Source: Octopus bimaculoides
Taxonomy: Eukaryota
Direction: 5' to 3'
Assembly (NCBI RefSeq): GCF_001194135.2
Contig: NC_068996.1
Span: 35,070,808-35,111,682 of the forward strand
Length of the DNA stretch: 40,875 nt
How positions within the stretch are numbered: position 1 is the stretch's first letter; every line of letters begins with the position of its first letter. Shown piece after piece: positions 36,151-40,875 of the stretch. Made by a program: the position numbers and the translations under genes. Under the pieces are notes generated by a model. That model was not told where the DNA came from. It did no database searches and saw only the letters and a program-made list of their open reading frames with translations.

Positions 36151-37004
36151 CTCAAATTACAAACTCTAGAGTCTTTGAGGTAAAGGATATGTTTGATAAT
36201 GTTATCCTGGATATGCTAATTGAAAACTAGTGAAAAAATAAAATGGTCATAAGTAGAATGTATTTGATAAAGAATGGATAGAGAATCAATAAAGTTATGA
36301 GATGTCTGATGACTAATAATCTGTCATAGCAGTACCTGGTCACTAAATGACAAATATCTAACGAATCATTAGAAAAAATAAAATGATTTACCTTTATTGG
36401 AGTAAAATTGTTAATTAATTAATGTACCTTTACATCAAAGGTACATGAACTGACATAATCAAGATAAATGTTGTTGTTTTTGTTAGTTTTCTGATCAATA
36501 CTGATTTATCAGATATAGGATAGAGATAGTTGTTCCAGCCATGACCATCTCATTTTTCTGCTTTTGAGATAATGGGTTTGATGTGAAGAAGATTTGGAGA
36601 ATTATAGCAAAAATTATGTAAAAATGAAGTAAAAATTTACATATTTAATTGCTTATTGTAGTAAATAATAAAAACTATATAAGAATGTAGTGAATGTAAA
36701 TAAAATTACATTGCTTATTGTGATAAATATATATGGAGTTGTACTAATGCTAACATGCTATCTTCAAGATAGGTGTTGCAGGAGAGGCTTCCCTTCAAAC
36801 AATCAAATCGATCCAAATTATGATTAGCCAACAGCTGGTTTTCTACTATAATAAGACATTCTATTTATTTTAAAATTATAAAGTAACCCCTACATACAAA
36901 AAAAAAAAAAATTGAATAGTTTTATGTTTAACTTTCTGTATGGCCACATAGCCATACCTGTGCCTGTGTGCGTGTAAGCGTGCATGTGTGTGCGTGTATA
37001 CATA

Positions 37005-37410
37005 TTTTTCATCTTTTACTTGTTTCTGTTATTAGACACTGGCCATGTTGGAGCACTGCCTTGAAGAACTTTTAGTCAAGTGAATGAGTGAATCAACCCC
37101 AGTCTTTTTAAAGCCTGGTCTCTTTTGCTGAAGCACTTAGTTGAGGGGACATAAACACACCAACAAGGTTGTCAAGTGATGGAGGTGGGAGACAAACACA
37201 GACACAAAAATACACACATACACACTCACATACATACACATATGTATGTATACACATATGTATGTTTCTGTCTACTAAATCCATTCACAAGGTTTTGGTC
37301 AGCCTATGGCTGTAGTAGAAAACACTTGCCCAAGGTGTCACACAATGGGATTGAACCTAGAATCATGTGGTTCGAAAACAAGCTTCTCACCACACAGCCA
37401 CAGCTGCACT
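37005..37410 (-). mobile_element. CORE-like SINE with tail B
   Basis: Reverse complement of the 10135-10537 type. Confidence 0.82.
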
Positions 37411-38159
37411 GATATTATATAGAAGGGATTATAATTCAAAATGTATCCTTGTGTAATCTTAACCCTTTAGGATACCTGGGCCAACTGATTGGCCCAAGTG
37501 ATACAGGCTGAAAGGGCTCTGAAAAGACTCCATCGGCCCAAGGAAACATATGTAGTGAATGATTGGTTTTGAAGTGTTATAGCCAATCAGAGATTGTCTT
37601 TCAGTAGATGTATTTCATGTTGTTGCAGAAACAATTATGAATAATTTCTATTTATTTACATGTAATGTGTTGTTTTAGGTTTTCTTATTGTGATAGGTAT
37701 ATTGTACTGCTTATAAGCTTTCATAATATATACAATTTTACATACTAATAAAGTAGCTTTAGGCACTTTATCCTTTGTTTTCTACATGCACCCATCATTT
37801 TCAATCTCAACTGAAAAAAAATTTTGGTCTTTTTGGCTACATATACCACAACACCATGTGTCTCATATTACAAGCATGTGTGAATAATTTTCTCCTATCT
37901 TGTATATCTTAAGTTTCTTTCTCTATCTCTTTTACTCTCCATTTACCTCTCTCTCTCACTCTCCATTTCTCTGTTTTCTTCTTGATCCTTTTCTCTATCT
38001 CTCTATACTCCAGGTAAATCCTATAGACCCCATATGAATAATTTTGCCAAGTATCTAATTGTGTTAGTTTGAATCTTTGTCTGAAGATTTAGTTGGGATA
38101 TATTCTACATCTTTATACATGAATGCCTATACCTGTTATGAATTTTTTATATTTATGTT

Positions 38160-38725
38160 ATGGGCTGTGACTGCAGAGGACATGCAAAGGTTTGAAAGAA
38201 GTGAAGTTAGTATGCTTCGCTAGATGTGTAATGTCGGTGTGCATGTATAACAGAGTGTAAATGTCTTAAGAGAAAAATTGGGTAGAAGAGGCATCAGATG
38301 TGGTGTGCAAGAGAGATAACTGCACTGATATGATCAGGTGGTATGTATAGAGGAGGATAGCTGCGTAAAGAAGTGCTGATCACTAATTGTGGAGGGAACC
38401 TGTGGAAGGGGTAGGTTCAGGAAAACATAGAACAAGGAGGTGAAAGGTGACCTTTGGATGTTGAGCCTCATGGAGGCAATGACAAGTAACCGAGATTTCT
38501 GGTGATTTGCTGTGCTTGAGAAGATGCATCAAGCTAAGTAAAATTATGGTTATCTGTGCTGGTGATATGTAAAAGACACCCAATAAAGTGGATAGAACTA
38601 AGAAGGGTATCCAACCAAGCCAAAACAGACTGGGTGCAGCTCTCCATCTTATCAGCTTCAATCTAAGCATCTAACCTATGCCAGCATAGAAAACATGTTG
38701 AAAGATGATGATAATGATGATGATC
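38160..38725 (+). mobile_element. Old copy of the young-RTE family (ORF C-terminus plus tail)
   Basis: tgggctgtgactgcagaggacatg aligns to 12614 onward; multiple stops; (GAT)n-like tail. Confidence 0.9.
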
Positions 38726-38859
38726 ATAAAATGTATTTCCAATATTGTAATGAAACACATGTAACACAATTAAAATGGTACCACATATTCCGTTCTTTGT
38801 TTATATACATGTGTGTGTGTGTGTGTATATATATATATTTGTTGTCACACCAGTCTTTT

Positions 38860-39330
38860 CCCCATTCTCAGAACCACTTCCATCTCTTATCCTCATTATC
38901 CTCCCTTCCTCACCAACAGTTTTCACTGATCACCTCCTTTCTATACCTTCAGTTAACTCTTTCCTTGGCCATCCTCCATATTAACACCTCTCATATCTAC
39001 TATCTTTCTCAGCACCTTCTCATATCTGCCACTATGCTCCACTCACTATAATCACCCTCATATTCCCTGTATATATCCCTCTGCCACACCACCCCCAACA
39101 CTGTGCACATTATATCTCCCTACTTTCTGACCTGTCCTTTCTGAGCCACACCTATTCTCTCTTACCCAACATCTCTCCATGCTGATATTTCCCATTAGCT
39201 GCACCTCCACCCTTGTTTATCACTCATCTCTAACCATTAGTTATTATGATCCCTTCACGCTCTTATGACAGTACCCACTCTCTCCTTCCGTTCCCACTGT
39301 ACTTTGAGAGTTTGTTCAGGTACCCCTATC
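38860..39330 (+). mobile_element. Second copy of the C/T-rich unclassified repeat
   Basis: ctcctttctataccttcagttaactct vs ctcctttctttgcctccagttatctct (~4046); ctactatctttctca...tcatatctgc vs ~4137. Confidence 0.6.
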
Positions 39331-39374
39331 GACCTCTATATAATGTTGGGTAGCAAGACACCTATATATATATA

Positions 39375-40153
39375 TAAGGTGTTTGGGCTAAATTTGATGA
39401 TTTTTTAAATGTCTTCTTTTTGCAGGAACAACAGCATAATGTATTGGTGAACAGTCAACAGTATTGGAGAGCATAAAGATTAAAATTGTAATTGAGAAAA
39501 AGTTAGCTGACATGGAAGACTGGAAGCTATCAGAATATTGGGAAAGAGTTACTTGTATCATGATGGTTTGCTGTTCAATGCTCTGTGAACAGGGACACAG
39601 CACAAATTCTGGCTGTATCTGCAAACTAGAATTCATCGAACAACTGATGAATAAGGCCTTTGGCTCAATTGAGACAGCTATGTGAAGCTGCTGGAGGGGG
39701 TAGTTGCTGGAAGGACATGTGGCAGCAGGATTTGGCTCCTTGCCATGCCTCCAGAAAGAGTCAGAATTGATTGCTGGAAAATTTCAGTGATTTCATCAGC
39801 CCCAATTTTTAGCCTCCTAATTTCCCTGATTGAAATCTCATGGATTACTATATGGGGCATGGTTGAGAAAGACACCAACTGCTCTGCATGCAACACCAAG
39901 GCTGAGCTGATGGCAAAGATCAAGGAAGCGTTCAAAGATTTTCTTGAGACAGAGTAAGGAATGTATGTGCCAAGTTCCAAAGCCATCTTGAGGCCATAAT
40001 GGAAGCTGAGGCTGGCTTCTTCAAGTAAACTGTTACTTCCCAACCATAATCTAGTTGTAATTTTTTGATTTTAAAAATATTTTTATTTTTGGATGGAATA
40101 TTGTGATTTCTTTCCCTTTTATGTAAACTGTCAAATTTAGCTCAAATACCCAG
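39375..40153 (+). mobile_element. Internally deleted Tc1/mariner element of the DD37D (maT) type
   Basis: TIRs ggtgtttgggctaaatttga and tcaaatttagctcaaatacc. QQD (D at 39729) is separated from the D of NLMDYYIWG (39843) by 37 codons; in-frame stops; ends EAGFFK* at 40028. Confidence 0.9.
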
Positions 40154-40309
40154 CAAATAAGTAAAGGAAAGATAAACTGCAATATAATGAGAATCATATT
40201 TAAAAGACAATTAAGTGAAACAAGAAAACATTAAAATATGTAGAAATCATTGAATGCAAAACTAAACAGATTGATATGATCATAGTTACTAAAAATATAA
40301 AAAGTATTA

Positions 40310-40530
40310 CGGAGATGTACTTGCATAGCAAGTGACCTGATCTGAGATCATGTGCTGGAATGAAAACAATTGCAGCATGGAAGGTATTTATAAGTCATTT
40401 AAGAAACACACAAAAACTGCAGCACGGAATTTTGTCAATGAACAGGTCGCAGTCTCAAAGCAATGAAAATATTTTGACAAATTAAATTTAAATGTTGAAG
40501 TGAATCTAATGGTTTTTGTGTGTTTCTTAT
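40310..40530. mobile_element. Dispersed repeat with an 18-bp inverted duplication; decayed related pieces at ~14690-14750 and ~15005-15050
   Basis: gatctgagatcatgtg motif shared; taagaaacacacaaaaac (40400-40417) is the exact reverse complement of 40512-40529. Confidence 0.6.
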
Positions 40531-40875
40531 AAAAAGTACACATACAGAAATGTGAAACAAATGGAGTGAGGGGAGAGAAATTGTTTTGTGTATATATGTA
40601 TATATACGTACTGATATAAAAAGATACATAGCTGAATTCTGTATTTTTAGCAAGGAAAGGACATCAATTATGATTATAGACATCACATGATGGCAGTGAG
40701 TCTACTGTTACATTATAAAGTCATAAAAAGACAAAAGAATTTTTTTAATATAAAATAGCAATCAACTGTAGTAAATATATAATAGAGAGATGACAGTAAA
40801 TTGTAATAAATATTTAGCAAATACGTAAATCATTTGTGATAAATACATATTAAAAATTATATAGCTTAATAATAG

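Noticed and set aside
36422-36446. 10-bp perfect hairpin (similar 8-9-bp stems at ~16323 and ~37478)
   Set aside because: Isolated short stems are expected in 40 kb of AT-rich, TE-derived DNA.
1-40875. Hammerhead ribozyme cores (CTGATGA...GAAA)
   Set aside because: The CTGATGA hits I noticed lack a closing stem II and GAAA; the search was by eye only.

Overview
AT-rich, microsatellite-saturated animal DNA with seven assembly gaps. The repeat complement looks like an octopod genome such as Octopus; this is an inference from recalled repeat families, not a search result. Most of the window is decayed mobile DNA: tRNA-headed SINEs of at least three kinds, young 5'-truncated RTE LINEs with (GAT)n tails, one near-full-length dead RTE LINE (~28.75-32.17 kb), an R4/Dong-like RLE LINE 3' end, and two internally deleted Tc1/mariner elements (one counted as D37D). 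There is no long intact ORF, and almost every ORF in the track is a microsatellite, gap or TE artefact. Reading splice signals by eye gives four short minus-strand exon candidates (14586-14498, 1903-1837, 1160-1141, 1005-918) that chain in frame into an S/T/K-rich peptide I cannot name, so most of the window is probably intronic. The best unexplained feature is a ~280-nt fold-back at 15795-16073. All 21 differences between its two main stems are transitions, 15 of which become G-U pairs on the minus strand, and its apical hairpin is bracketed by a 3' splice site and a GTAAGT donor. I found no convincing new multi-gene system; the leads are RNA-structure and retroposon observations.
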